From: Planctomycetota bacterium
Lineage (GTDB): Bacteria > Planctomycetota > UBA1135 > UBA2386
Length of the DNA: 46,699 nucleotides
Direction: 5' to 3'
Assembly: GCA_041164325.1 (NCBI GenBank)
Contig: JBEAPQ010000009.1
Coordinates: 1-46,699, forward strand
Shown here: positions 37,414 to 45,912 of the stretch, piece by piece
Layout: each line of letters begins with the position of its first letter
How positions within the stretch are numbered: position 1 is the first letter of the stretch
Notes under the pieces: model-generated
Seen by the model: only the letters and a program-made list of their open reading frames with translations
What the model was told of the DNA's origin: nothing
Database searches by the model: none
Translations under genes and position numbers: made by a program

Positions 37414-39218
37414 CCGACACCCGTCTGATCCGCAACTTCTCGATCGTCGCGCACGTCGACCACGGGAAGTCGACGCTCGCCGACCGCCTGCTCGAACTGA
37501 CGCTGACGGTCGAGAAGCGCCAGATGAAGGAGCAGCTCCTCGACGACATGGAGCTCGAGCGGGAGCGCGGCATCACCATCAAGGCCCGCGCCGTCGCGAT
37601 GCGCTACAAGGCGAACGACGGGCAGACCTACCTGTTCAACCTGATCGACACGCCGGGGCACGTCGACTTCAACTACGAGGTCCAGAAGTCCCTGCAGGCG
37701 TGTGAGGGAGCCCTGCTCCTCGTCGACGCCTCGCAGGGGGTCGAAGCCCAGACGGTCGTCAACGCGCTGCTCGCCGAGCAGGCGAAGCTCGCGGTCGTGC
37801 CGGTGCTGAACAAGGTCGACCTGCCCCACGCGCGGCCGGAGCAGGTCGCGACCGAGGTCGAAGACGCGCTCTGCATCCCCGCCGAGGACGCGATCGCGAT
37901 CTCGGCCAAGACCGGGCTCCACTGCGAGCAGGTCCTGGAGGCGATCGTCGCCCTGGTCCCTCCGCCGACCGGCAACCCCGACAACAAGCTGCAGGCCCTG
38001 ATCTTCGACGCGGCGTACGACGACTACCGCGGCGTCGTGATCTACATGCGGATCAAGGAGGGCACGATCCGGAAGGGCGACACGGTCCGCACGGTCGCAG
38101 CCGGCAAGACCTACGAGGTCCTCGAGATCGGACGCCTCGCGCCCCGCATGGTCGCCGAGGGCGTCCTCCACGCCGGCGAGGTCGGCTACCTGATCTGCAA
38201 CATCAAGCAGCTCGAGGACGTGAAGATCGGCGACACCGTGACGCACGACAAGGAGTCGCTGCGCGCGCCGGCCCTCGCCGGGTTCAAGGACCCGAAGCCG
38301 ATGGTGTTCTGCGGCTTCTACCCGACGAACACCGCGGACTTCGAAGACCTCCGCAAGGCTCTCGAGAAGCTCCGCCTGAACGACTCGAGCTTCTCGTTCG
38401 AGCCCGAGACGTCGGACGCGCTCGGCTTCGGCTTCCGCTGCGGCTTCCTCGGCCTCCTGCACATGGAGGTCATCCAGCAGCGGCTGGAGCGCGAGGAGGA
38501 CATGGACCTCGTCCAGACGGCGCCGAACGTGACCTACCGCGTCGTGTTGAGCGACGGCACCGAGAAAGAGGTCCACTCCCCGTCCGAGATGCCGGACCCG
38601 GCGCGGATCGAGGCCTACCGCGAGCCGGTCGTCGAGGTGCGGATCGTCGTGCCGACCGAGCACATCGGCGCCGTGATGAAGCTCGCCACCGACCGGCGCG
38701 GCATCTACGAGAAGACCGACTACTACGGCTCGCAGCGCGTGATGCTGACGTTCGCGATGCCGTTCTCGGAGATCATCTTCGACTTCCACGACCGCCTGAA
38801 GTCGGCGACGCGCGGCTTCGCGACCATGGACTACGAGCTGCGCGGCTTCGAGGACGCGGACCTCGTCAAGGTGCGCATCCTCGTCTCGTCGAACGAGGTC
38901 GACGCCCTGTCGTTCCTCTGCCACCGCTCGGTGGCCGACTCGCGAGGCCGGAAGATCCTGCAGAAGCTGCGGACCGAGATTCCGCGCCACCTGTTCGAGG
39001 TTGCCCTCCAGGCCGCGGTCGGCGGCAAGATCATCGCTCGCGAGAACATCCGCGCGCTGTCGAAGAACGTCACGGCGAAGTGCTACGGCGGTGACATCAC
39101 CCGCAAGCGGAAGCTGCTGGAGAAGCAGAAGAAGGGCAAGAAGCGCATGAAGCAGGTCGGGAACGTCGAGATCCCGCAGGCCGCGTTCTTGAGCGTGCTG
39201 TCGACCGGCGACGACTGA
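37410..39218 (+). CDS. lepA: Elongation factor 4 (LepA)
   Basis: IRNFSIVAHVDHGKSTLADRLLE, LIDTPGHVDF, NKVDL, and the C-terminal LepA-specific region ...GGDITRKRKLLEKQKKGKKRMK. The GTG overlaps the rdgB stop as GTGA. Confidence 0.95.
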   Translation: MTDTRLIRNFSIVAHVDHGKSTLADRLLELTLTVEKRQMKEQLLDDMELERERGITIKARAVAMRYKANDGQTYLFNLIDTPGHVDFNYEVQKSLQACEGALLLVDASQGVEAQTVVNALLAEQAKLAVVPVLNKVDLPHARPEQVATEVEDALCIPAEDAIAISAKTGLHCEQVLEAIVALVPPPTGNPDNKLQALIFDAAYDDYRGVVIYMRIKEGTIRKGDTVRTVAAGKTYEVLEIGRLAPRMVAEGVLHAGEVGYLICNIKQLEDVKIGDTVTHDKESLRAPALAGFKDPKPMVFCGFYPTNTADFEDLRKALEKLRLNDSSFSFEPETSDALGFGFRCGFLGLLHMEVIQQRLEREEDMDLVQTAPNVTYRVVLSDGTEKEVHSPSEMPDPARIEAYREPVVEVRIVVPTEHIGAVMKLATDRRGIYEKTDYYGSQRVMLTFAMPFSEIIFDFHDRLKSATRGFATMDYELRGFEDADLVKVRILVSSNEVDALSFLCHRSVADSRGRKILQKLRTEIPRHLFEVALQAAVGGKIIARENIRALSKNVTAKCYGGDITRKRKLLEKQKKGKKRMKQVGNVEIPQAAFLSVLSTGDD

Positions 39219-39224
39219 CCCCGA

Positions 39225-39248
39225 GGTCAGGGGGCGTGCCCCCGGACC
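39225..39248 (+). terminator. GC-rich hairpin between lepA and the sulfatase gene (GGTC-A-GGGGG CGTG CCCCC-G-GACC)
   Basis: The stem is 9 bp with one A/G mismatch and a tetraloop. It starts 7 nt after the lepA stop and has no U-tract. Confidence 0.35.
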
Positions 39249-39269
39249 CGCCGCGGTAGCTTCTGGGGC

Positions 39270-40673
39270 GTGCAGAACTGGAAGCGAACGGGCTCGGCCG
39301 TGCTCGGCCGAGCGGTCGGAGTCCTCTTGGGACTCGGCGCAGTCGACGTGGCAGCCCAACGAGCGGGCGCAGAAGGGCGCCCGCCCAACGTCGTCGTGAT
39401 CTTCGCGGACGACCTCGGCTACGGGGACCTGTCCTGCTACGGACACCCGACGATCCACACGCCGCACCTCGACGCGCTGGCCGCTTCGGGGATGAAGCTG
39501 ACGCAGTTCTACGTCGCGTCGCCGGTCTGCTCGCCCTCGCGGGCCGCGCTCCTGACGGGCTGCTACCCGAAGCGGGTCGGAATGCACCGGCACGTGATCT
39601 TCCCGGGCTACGACTACGGCCTGCACACGGACGAGGCCACGATCGCGGACGTGCTGCGTGCGCGCGGCTATGCGACCGGCGCCTTCGGCAAGTGGCACCT
39701 CGGGCATCGCCCGGGGCTCCTGCCGACCGACCAGGGCTTCGACGAGTTCTTCGGCGTGCCCTACTCGAACGACATGGCGCAGTTCCACCGCAAGCCGGGG
39801 AACAAGTACGAGTTCCGCTATCCGATGATGCGGGGCACCGAGGTCATCGAATGGGAGCCTGACCAACACCTGTTGACGAAGCGGCTGACCGAGGCGGCTG
39901 TCGGCTTCATCGAGGCGCACGCGGCCGAACCGTTCTTCGTCTACCTGCCTCACCCGATGCCGCACATCCCGATCTACGCGTCGGCGGACTTCGAAGGACG
40001 GAGCCCGCGTGGTCTCTACGGGGATGTCATCGAAGAGCTCGACTGGAGCGTCGGCGAGGTCGTCGGCGCGCTCGAACGCGTCGGCGTCCGCGACGACACG
40101 CTGGTCGTGTTCACGAGCGACAACGGCCCGTGGCTGCCGTTCGGAGCCGACGGTGGATCGGCCGGGCTGCTCCGCGGCGGCAAGGGCTCGAACTGGGAGG
40201 GCGGGCAGCGTGAGCCGTGCATCGTGTCCTGGCCTGGCCAGGTTCCGGCCGGCACGGTGTGCCGGGCTGTGACGACGGCGATGGACCTGCTGCCGACCAT
40301 CGCCGCGCTGGCGGGCGCTGCACTGCCGGACGAACGGGCCATCGACGGACACGACATCTCCGCGCTGCTCCGCGGCGAGGTGGGAGCGGCGTCCCCCACC
40401 CCACACTTCCTCTACTACACGGCCAAGGGTGAGCTCGCCGGCATCCGCCGCGGCGCGTGGAAGCTGCTGTTCGATGGTCCCGAGCTCTTCCAGCTCGAGG
40501 AGGACGTCAGCGAGGCCCGCAATGCCGCCGACAAGCGGCCCGAACTCGTGGCCGAGCTCCGCGCGCTGGCCGAGCGTCTCGACGCCGAGATCACGGCGGA
40601 CGCGCGCCCGGTCCGCACGGTCGACGCCATCCACTTCGATCCCAAGCGACCCAAGGACGGCGATCCTCGCTGA
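39270..40673 (+). CDS. Secreted formylglycine-dependent sulfatase (arylsulfatase A / GalNAc-6-sulfatase-like)
   Basis: There is a signal peptide. NVVVIFADDLGYGD is present, and the formylglycine motif is SPVCSPSRAALLTG. GKWHLG and the C-terminal ELFQLEEDVSEARNAADKRPELVAEL tail are also present. Confidence 0.9.
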   Translation: MQNWKRTGSAVLGRAVGVLLGLGAVDVAAQRAGAEGRPPNVVVIFADDLGYGDLSCYGHPTIHTPHLDALAASGMKLTQFYVASPVCSPSRAALLTGCYPKRVGMHRHVIFPGYDYGLHTDEATIADVLRARGYATGAFGKWHLGHRPGLLPTDQGFDEFFGVPYSNDMAQFHRKPGNKYEFRYPMMRGTEVIEWEPDQHLLTKRLTEAAVGFIEAHAAEPFFVYLPHPMPHIPIYASADFEGRSPRGLYGDVIEELDWSVGEVVGALERVGVRDDTLVVFTSDNGPWLPFGADGGSAGLLRGGKGSNWEGGQREPCIVSWPGQVPAGTVCRAVTTAMDLLPTIAALAGAALPDERAIDGHDISALLRGEVGAASPTPHFLYYTAKGELAGIRRGAWKLLFDGPELFQLEEDVSEARNAADKRPELVAELRALAERLDAEITADARPVRTVDAIHFDPKRPKDGDPR

Positions 40674-40699
40674 TTCGCCCCACGGACCCGGCTGCTACC

Positions 40700-42319
40700 A
40701 TGCCCGCCATGGCGAACCCGACCCGCAAGGGCGAGCACAAGATCCGCGAGAACATCGACGCGCTGGCCATCGCCGTCTTGATGGCCGTGCTGATGAAGTA
40801 CTTCGCGATCGAGGCCTACCAGATCCCGACGTCTTCGATGCAGCCCGTGATGATGGGGTCGAAGGCGGCCGGGGTGTACGACCGCATCCTGGTCGACAAG
40901 TCGCGCTACATCCTCCCTTGGAACGAACCTGAGCGCTGGGACGTTGCCGTGTTCCGCTACCCGCTCCGCCGGAACCAACCCTACGTGAAGCGTGTGGTCG
41001 GCCTCCCCGGCGAGACGCTGCGGATCGCGGGCGGCAACGTCTACCGGGTCAAGGAGGGCGGCGACGCCACGCGGCCGGAAGACCTCGAGATCCTGCGTCG
41101 ACCCGACGCGGTCCTCGAGGCGCACTGGCGCAACATCCATCCGCTCCGCGCGGACCTCCACGACGAGCCGACGTGGCTCGGCGCGACGTTCCAGGGATCG
41201 GGCGGCACGTGGAAGGAAGCCAACGACCGGCTGACCGTCGAGCAGCGGAACGACAAGAGCCGCAGCACGCTGACGTTCCTCAGCACGAAGGACGGCGGGC
41301 TCGTCAACCGCGTCTACGACGGCTATCCCGCCTGGGTCGCCCAGGACATGATCGACGCGGGCGAAGTCACCGGTGCAGAGTCGGTCCAGGACGTGCGCGT
41401 CGGCTTCACGGTGAGCCCCACCGCTCCCATCGCCGAGCTTCGGATCACCCTCGACGTCCAGGACGAAGCGGGCAGCACCAAGACCTTCGGCCTCGTGGCC
41501 GCGGAAGGGAAGGCCCGCCTCTACGCGGAGGTCGACGGGGACGAGATCGTCGGCAGCGAGGCGTTCGATCTCGCTCTGACGCCCGGCGACACGTCGCTGC
41601 GCTTCACGCACGTCGATGACCGCTGCGTGGCCGAGGTCGACGGTTCGGTCCGCGCCGAGCTCGACTGCTCGGCGTTCCGCACGCTGGCCGCACTCGCGCC
41701 GAGCGGCCAGGGCGACCGCGGCAAGGCGGTGCTCCGCATCCGCGTCACCGGCGGGGGCACCGTGGCCTTCGACGACCTGCGGATCGATCGCGACCTGCAC
41801 TACCTGCCGACCTCCGGCTACCGCGCGTTCGAGACGCGGACCTTCGCCGTTCCCGACGGGCACTACTTCATGCTCGGGGACAACACGCAGCAGTCGGTCG
41901 ACTCGCGGGACTGGACGGCGATGACGATCGGCATGGACGCCGATGGGAACCTCGTCGATCCAGCCACGAACCCGGGCGCGCGCGTGCTCCGCGGCAACCT
42001 GCGCTCGGTCAACATCCAGGATCCGCCGGACCCCGACGAGAACCCGGTCGTCGTGACGCGCGGGAACAAGGTCGTGTTCACCGACGAGAACGGCGAGGTC
42101 TGGACCCTCGACGGCAAGCCGCTGCTCGACCCGTCCAACAACCGGATCTACGGCGGCGGACAGCCCTGGTTCGACGACGGCGGCGACGGCTGGTCGGCGA
42201 TCCCCCAGGAGGGTGCGCTCGACTACGAACACTTCGTCCCCGAGGAGCACATCATCGGCCGCCCGCTCCTGACCTTCTGGCCCGCGTGGCCCTGGTTCCG
42301 GCTCGGCTTCATCCGTTGA
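40700..42319 (+). CDS. lepB: Signal peptidase I, unusually long (539 aa)
   Basis: Box B is IPTSSMQPVM (Ser), Box D is YVKRVVGLPGETLRI (Lys), and Box E is YFMLGDNTQQSVDSRDW. The terminal block is FVPEEHIIGRPLLTFWP. Confidence 0.85.
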   Translation: MPAMANPTRKGEHKIRENIDALAIAVLMAVLMKYFAIEAYQIPTSSMQPVMMGSKAAGVYDRILVDKSRYILPWNEPERWDVAVFRYPLRRNQPYVKRVVGLPGETLRIAGGNVYRVKEGGDATRPEDLEILRRPDAVLEAHWRNIHPLRADLHDEPTWLGATFQGSGGTWKEANDRLTVEQRNDKSRSTLTFLSTKDGGLVNRVYDGYPAWVAQDMIDAGEVTGAESVQDVRVGFTVSPTAPIAELRITLDVQDEAGSTKTFGLVAAEGKARLYAEVDGDEIVGSEAFDLALTPGDTSLRFTHVDDRCVAEVDGSVRAELDCSAFRTLAALAPSGQGDRGKAVLRIRVTGGGTVAFDDLRIDRDLHYLPTSGYRAFETRTFAVPDGHYFMLGDNTQQSVDSRDWTAMTIGMDADGNLVDPATNPGARVLRGNLRSVNIQDPPDPDENPVVVTRGNKVVFTDENGEVWTLDGKPLLDPSNNRIYGGGQPWFDDGGDGWSAIPQEGALDYEHFVPEEHIIGRPLLTFWPAWPWFRLGFIR

Positions 42320-42333
42320 GTCCGGGCACTGCG

Positions 42334-43098
42334 ATGGGCTCTCTGCTGCAGACCGAGGGGCTGACCAAGACCTACCGCCGACGACGCGTCGTCGACGGGG
42401 TGAGCATCCGCGTCGAGGCGGGCGAGATCGTCGGCCTGCTCGGGCCGAACGGTGCTGGCAAGACGACCTCGTTCCGGATGGTCGTCGGCGTCGTGCCGCC
42501 CGACCGCGGCACGGTGACGTTCGACGGTCACGATGTGACCCGGATGCCGATGTATCGCCGCGCTCGACGCGGCCTCGGCTACCTGTCGCAGGAACCGTCG
42601 GTGTTCCGGCGGATGAGCGTGCTCGACAACGTGCTCGCCGTGCTCGAAGCGCGCCGCGTCCCGCGTCGCGAGCGCCTCGACCGCGCCGAGGGGCTCCTCG
42701 AAGAGCTGGCGCTCGAGCATCTCCGCGACGCCTACGGCGCGACGCTGTCCGGCGGCGAACGCCGTCGCCTCGAGATCGCCCGCGCGCTGGCGACGCAGCC
42801 CAAGCTGCTCCTGCTGGACGAACCGTTCGCCGGCGTCGACCCGATCACCGTCGAGGAGATCCAGAAGATCCTCCGGCAGCTCGTCGTCCGCGGCATCGCG
42901 ATCCTGATCACCGACCACGCGGTCGAGGCGACGCTCCGCATCGCGGGGCGCGCCTACATCCTCGACCACGGCGTCGTCATCGCCGAAGGCACGCCCCAGC
43001 AGGTCATCGCCGACGAGACCGTCCGCAGCGTCTACCTCGGCGCGAGCTTCGGCGAAGGCGTCACCGGCGACGAGGGCGAGGCGCTCGGGCTCGACTGA
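42334..43098 (+). CDS. lptB: LPS export ABC transporter ATP-binding protein LptB
   Basis: Walker A is GPNGAGKTT, the signature is LSGGERRRLEIARAL, and Walker B is LLLLDEPFAGVDP. Length and N-terminus (LxTEGLTKTY) are typical of LptB. Confidence 0.9.
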   Translation: MGSLLQTEGLTKTYRRRRVVDGVSIRVEAGEIVGLLGPNGAGKTTSFRMVVGVVPPDRGTVTFDGHDVTRMPMYRRARRGLGYLSQEPSVFRRMSVLDNVLAVLEARRVPRRERLDRAEGLLEELALEHLRDAYGATLSGGERRRLEIARALATQPKLLLLDEPFAGVDPITVEEIQKILRQLVVRGIAILITDHAVEATLRIAGRAYILDHGVVIAEGTPQQVIADETVRSVYLGASFGEGVTGDEGEALGLD

Positions 43099-43163
43099 CG
43101 AGCCCTACCCGCGGCAGACTCGATATCCGCGGGGCTGTCCCTCGGCGCCACCAGGGACAAGTT

Positions 43164-43182
43164 GCGTCCCAGCACGGGACGC
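43164..43182 (+). terminator. Hairpin GCGTCCC-AGCAC-GGGACGC downstream of lptB
   Basis: A perfect 7-bp stem with a 5-nt loop lies 65 nt after the lptB stop and is followed by CTTC. A second hairpin (CCCGCGG...CCGCGGG) lies at 43108..43133. Confidence 0.3.
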
Positions 43183-43335
43183 CTTCAGGTCGACCGCAAG
43201 ACGTGCCGAACCTTGGAATCGGCGGGGCTTTCCGCCTCGACCGAGCGGACTAGAGTCGTCCCACGAACGTCCCAGACGCGGGGTAGACTGCCCCGTCCGC
43301 CACGGGCAGGCATCTCGTCGACGCGCCGGCTCACC

Positions 43336-44916
43336 ATGAAGGTCCAGCTCATCCACCCACCGCTCTACCTCAACGTGCACGCGATGACCGCGCTGCGCCC
43401 GAGCCTGCCGTTGGGACTCGCCTACATCGGTGCCGTGCTCCGCGAGGCTGGCTACGAGGTCTCCATGCTCGATGCGGTGGCCGAAGCCCCCGAGCAGGTC
43501 ACGCAGAGCGAGAAGAAGAAGCAGCTGTTCGCGCTGGGCCTCACGCCGCAGCAGATCGTCGACCGCCTGGATCCCGAGGCCGACGTCTTCGGCCTGACCA
43601 ACATGTGGACCTTCTCGTGGCCTCTGGTCCGCGAGCTGATCCAGAAGATGAAGGCCCGCTTCCCCGACAAGCCGATCGTCTGCGGGGGCGAGCACTTCTC
43701 CGGCCTGCCCGAGCTGTCGATGCAGCAGGCGCCGCTCGACTTCATCGTCCGCGGCGAAGGCGAGGAGGGCGCGCTGGAGGTCTTCAACGGCATCCGGCTC
43801 GGCGCCGACAAGGTCGACTGGTCCGCGGTGCCCGGCATCTGGTACCGCAAGCCCGACGGCACGCCCGTCGAGAGCGCTTCGGCGCGCGCCCGCATCCAGG
43901 CCGTCGACGACATCCCGTGGCCCGCGTGGGACCTCATCGACATCGACGTCTACAACGAGCAGGGCTTCATCAACGGCCTCAACCAGGGCAAGACGATCCC
44001 GATCCTCGCGACCCGGGGCTGCCCCTACCAGTGCACCTACTGCGCTTCGCCGAACATGTGGACCACGCGCTGGTACGCGCGTGAGGCCAAGGACGTCGTC
44101 GATGAGATGCAGTTCTACAAGGAGCACTACGGGGCCACGAACTTCCCGTTCCAGGACCTGACGGCGATCCTCAAGCGTGACTGGATCATCGAGTTCTGCA
44201 ACGAGCTCAAGGCCCGCAAGCTGAACGTCACGTGGCAGTTCCCGTCGGGAACGCGCTGCGAGGTCATCGACGATGAGGTCGCCCAGCTGCTGGCCGAGAC
44301 CGGCGGCAAGTCGCTGGCTCTCGCGCCCGAGAGCGGCAGCGAGCGGACCCGCAAGCTGATCCAGAAGCGGATGAAGACCGAAGCACTGCTCAGTGCGTGC
44401 AAGGCGTCCGCCAAAGCTGGCCTCAACGTCACGGCTTTCATCGTGATCGCGTTCCCGCACGACACGGCGGAGGACCTGCAGCACACGAAGAAGCTCGCGC
44501 GGCAACTCGGACGCATCGGCATCGACGACATCGCGGTCGGCTTCTTCTTCCCGATCCCGAACACGCAGCTCTACAAGGAGCTGATGGAGAAGGGGCGCGT
44601 CACGCACGAGGACGACTTCCTGCTGACGCCGATCTTCGCCAACGAAGAGAAGCTGCTGCCCGAGAACAACTACTGCGACCACCTCGACGCCAAGCAGCTC
44701 ACGCGGTGGAAGTATCGCCTTCTGCTGAACTTCTACCTGACGTCGTTCGCCTTCCACCCGACCAAGCCGTTCCGCATCGTCTGGAACGCCCTGCTCGGTC
44801 GCGAGACGCGCAAGCTCGAGACCTACCTCGTCGACCTGCGCAAGAAGCTCGGCATCTCGATCCGCAGCCGTTTCGGCCGCGGCCCGGCGAAGAAGTCCGA
44901 GCCGGCGACGGCTTGA
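43336..44916 (+). CDS. B12-binding-domain radical SAM enzyme (class B)
   Basis: The N-terminal cobalamin-binding-like domain is MKVQLIHPP...LGLAYIGAVLREAGYEV...IVCGGEHFSG. The radical SAM cluster motif is ATRGCPYQCTYCAS (CxxxCxxC). Confidence 0.85.
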   Translation: MKVQLIHPPLYLNVHAMTALRPSLPLGLAYIGAVLREAGYEVSMLDAVAEAPEQVTQSEKKKQLFALGLTPQQIVDRLDPEADVFGLTNMWTFSWPLVRELIQKMKARFPDKPIVCGGEHFSGLPELSMQQAPLDFIVRGEGEEGALEVFNGIRLGADKVDWSAVPGIWYRKPDGTPVESASARARIQAVDDIPWPAWDLIDIDVYNEQGFINGLNQGKTIPILATRGCPYQCTYCASPNMWTTRWYAREAKDVVDEMQFYKEHYGATNFPFQDLTAILKRDWIIEFCNELKARKLNVTWQFPSGTRCEVIDDEVAQLLAETGGKSLALAPESGSERTRKLIQKRMKTEALLSACKASAKAGLNVTAFIVIAFPHDTAEDLQHTKKLARQLGRIGIDDIAVGFFFPIPNTQLYKELMEKGRVTHEDDFLLTPIFANEEKLLPENNYCDHLDAKQLTRWKYRLLLNFYLTSFAFHPTKPFRIVWNALLGRETRKLETYLVDLRKKLGISIRSRFGRGPAKKSEPATA

Positions 44917-44931
44917 GGCATCACGGCGGGA

Positions 44932-44953
44932 CCGTGACCGACTCAGGTCACGG
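44932..44953. terminator. Hairpin CCGTGACC-GACTCA-GGTCACGG between the convergent radical SAM and GH17 genes
   Basis: An 8-bp perfect stem with a 6-nt loop is centred in the 51-nt gap between the two convergent stop codons, so it could act in both directions. There is no U-tract. Confidence 0.35.
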
Positions 44954-44967
44954 CCTCGGCGCGTCGA

Positions 44968-45912
44968 CTAGCGACGCCGCTCGGGTGTGACCGGCCGCGG
45001 CGGGCGCTCGACGGTGCCCGCGTCCAGACCCGGCAGCGCCTCGACCAGCTTCGGCTTCGGGCCGCCGTCCGCGTGGAACAGCCCCCAGTGCGGGCCGACC
45101 GCACCTTCCTGGCCCGCCTTCCAGGCCTCGTCCCACATCTCGAACACGAAGTAGGGGTCTCCCTGCTCGCGCAGGAGCGGCAGGACCTCGGTGAGGTAGC
45201 GCGCTGCGTTCGCGTCTCCCGGGACCGCGCCGCCGTAGGGCGTGCCACCCGTCGGCCAACCGAACTCGCCGAGCACGACCGGTTTGCCCTGCGCGATCTC
45301 GCGGACCATGCCGAGCATGTCGATCGTGTGGGTGGCGGCACTCTCGACCGGCACCTCGTCCCAGTAGGGGTGGACGTGCACGACGATGACGTCGACGGCT
45401 TCGACGAGCTCGGGGTGCGCGATCCAGATGTGCCAGGGCTCGGCAGTGCCGATGCGCGCGGTCAGCCGGCGGCGCACATCGCGGATGCGTTCGATCAGGG
45501 CCTCGGGCCCCAGATCGCCGCGCAGCAGGACCTCGTTGCCGACGAGGACCGTGTCGACGACCGCCGAGGCGTCGCGTGCGGCTTCGACCAGGAGCTCGCA
45601 CTCCAGGTCGTTGGCCGCGCGGTCCTTGGCGATCCAGGCTCCCGGCCAGCAGCGGAGCCCGAGCTCGGCACAGAGCGTCGGCACGAGGCTACCCGTGCCC
45701 GACATCCCGTAGGTGCGGACCGCGCCGGCCACCGCCTGGACGGCGCGCAGGTCGGCGCGCAGCGTCGAAGGCAGGGGCGGACGGACCCCTGGCTCCTCAC
45801 CCGCGCGGAACGGGCCGAAGCACACGCCCGAGAACAGCGTCTCCTCCTGGCTGTGGGCAGAGCCGCAGGCCAGCAGCGCCGCAACGAGCGCGGTTCCGAG
45901 CCGTTTCCTCAC
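44968..45912 (-). CDS. Glycoside hydrolase family 17-like beta-1,3-glucanase/transglycosylase, lipoprotein
   Basis: The lipobox is ALLAC. VLVGNEVL fits the acid/base region and VVLGEFGWPTGG fits the nucleophile region of GH17. The GTG start overlaps the upstream stop as GTGA. Confidence 0.7.
   Translation of the reverse strand: MRKRLGTALVAALLACGSAHSQEETLFSGVCFGPFRAGEEPGVRPPLPSTLRADLRAVQAVAGAVRTYGMSGTGSLVPTLCAELGLRCWPGAWIAKDRAANDLECELLVEAARDASAVVDTVLVGNEVLLRGDLGPEALIERIRDVRRRLTARIGTAEPWHIWIAHPELVEAVDVIVVHVHPYWDEVPVESAATHTIDMLGMVREIAQGKPVVLGEFGWPTGGTPYGGAVPGDANAARYLTEVLPLLREQGDPYFVFEMWDEAWKAGQEGAVGPHWGLFHADGGPKPKLVEALPGLDAGTVERPPRPVTPERRR

Noticed and set aside
37227-40634. 1135-aa ORF on the minus strand opposite lepA and the sulfatase
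   Set aside because: lepA and the sulfatase on the plus strand are unambiguous. The antisense translation is low-complexity (R/D/V/L/G-rich) with no motifs.
43213-43230. Possible sigma-54 promoter (TGG...N...GC) downstream of lptB, where rpoN-related elements often lie
   Set aside because: The sequence TTGGAATCGGCGGGGCTT matches only the TGG of the -24 element and lacks the TTGC -12 element. It is better explained as part of a small GGCGG/CCGCC hairpin.
43162-43335. In-frame TTG-initiated N-terminal extension of the radical SAM gene, or a possible small RiPP-precursor ORF upstream of it
   Set aside because: The extension contains several rare codons (AGA, ACT, CGA) and coincides with multiple stem-loops. 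The B12-binding domain begins right at the ATG at 43336 (MKVQLIHPP). No separate short ORF with a plausible start and leader-core organisation is visible.
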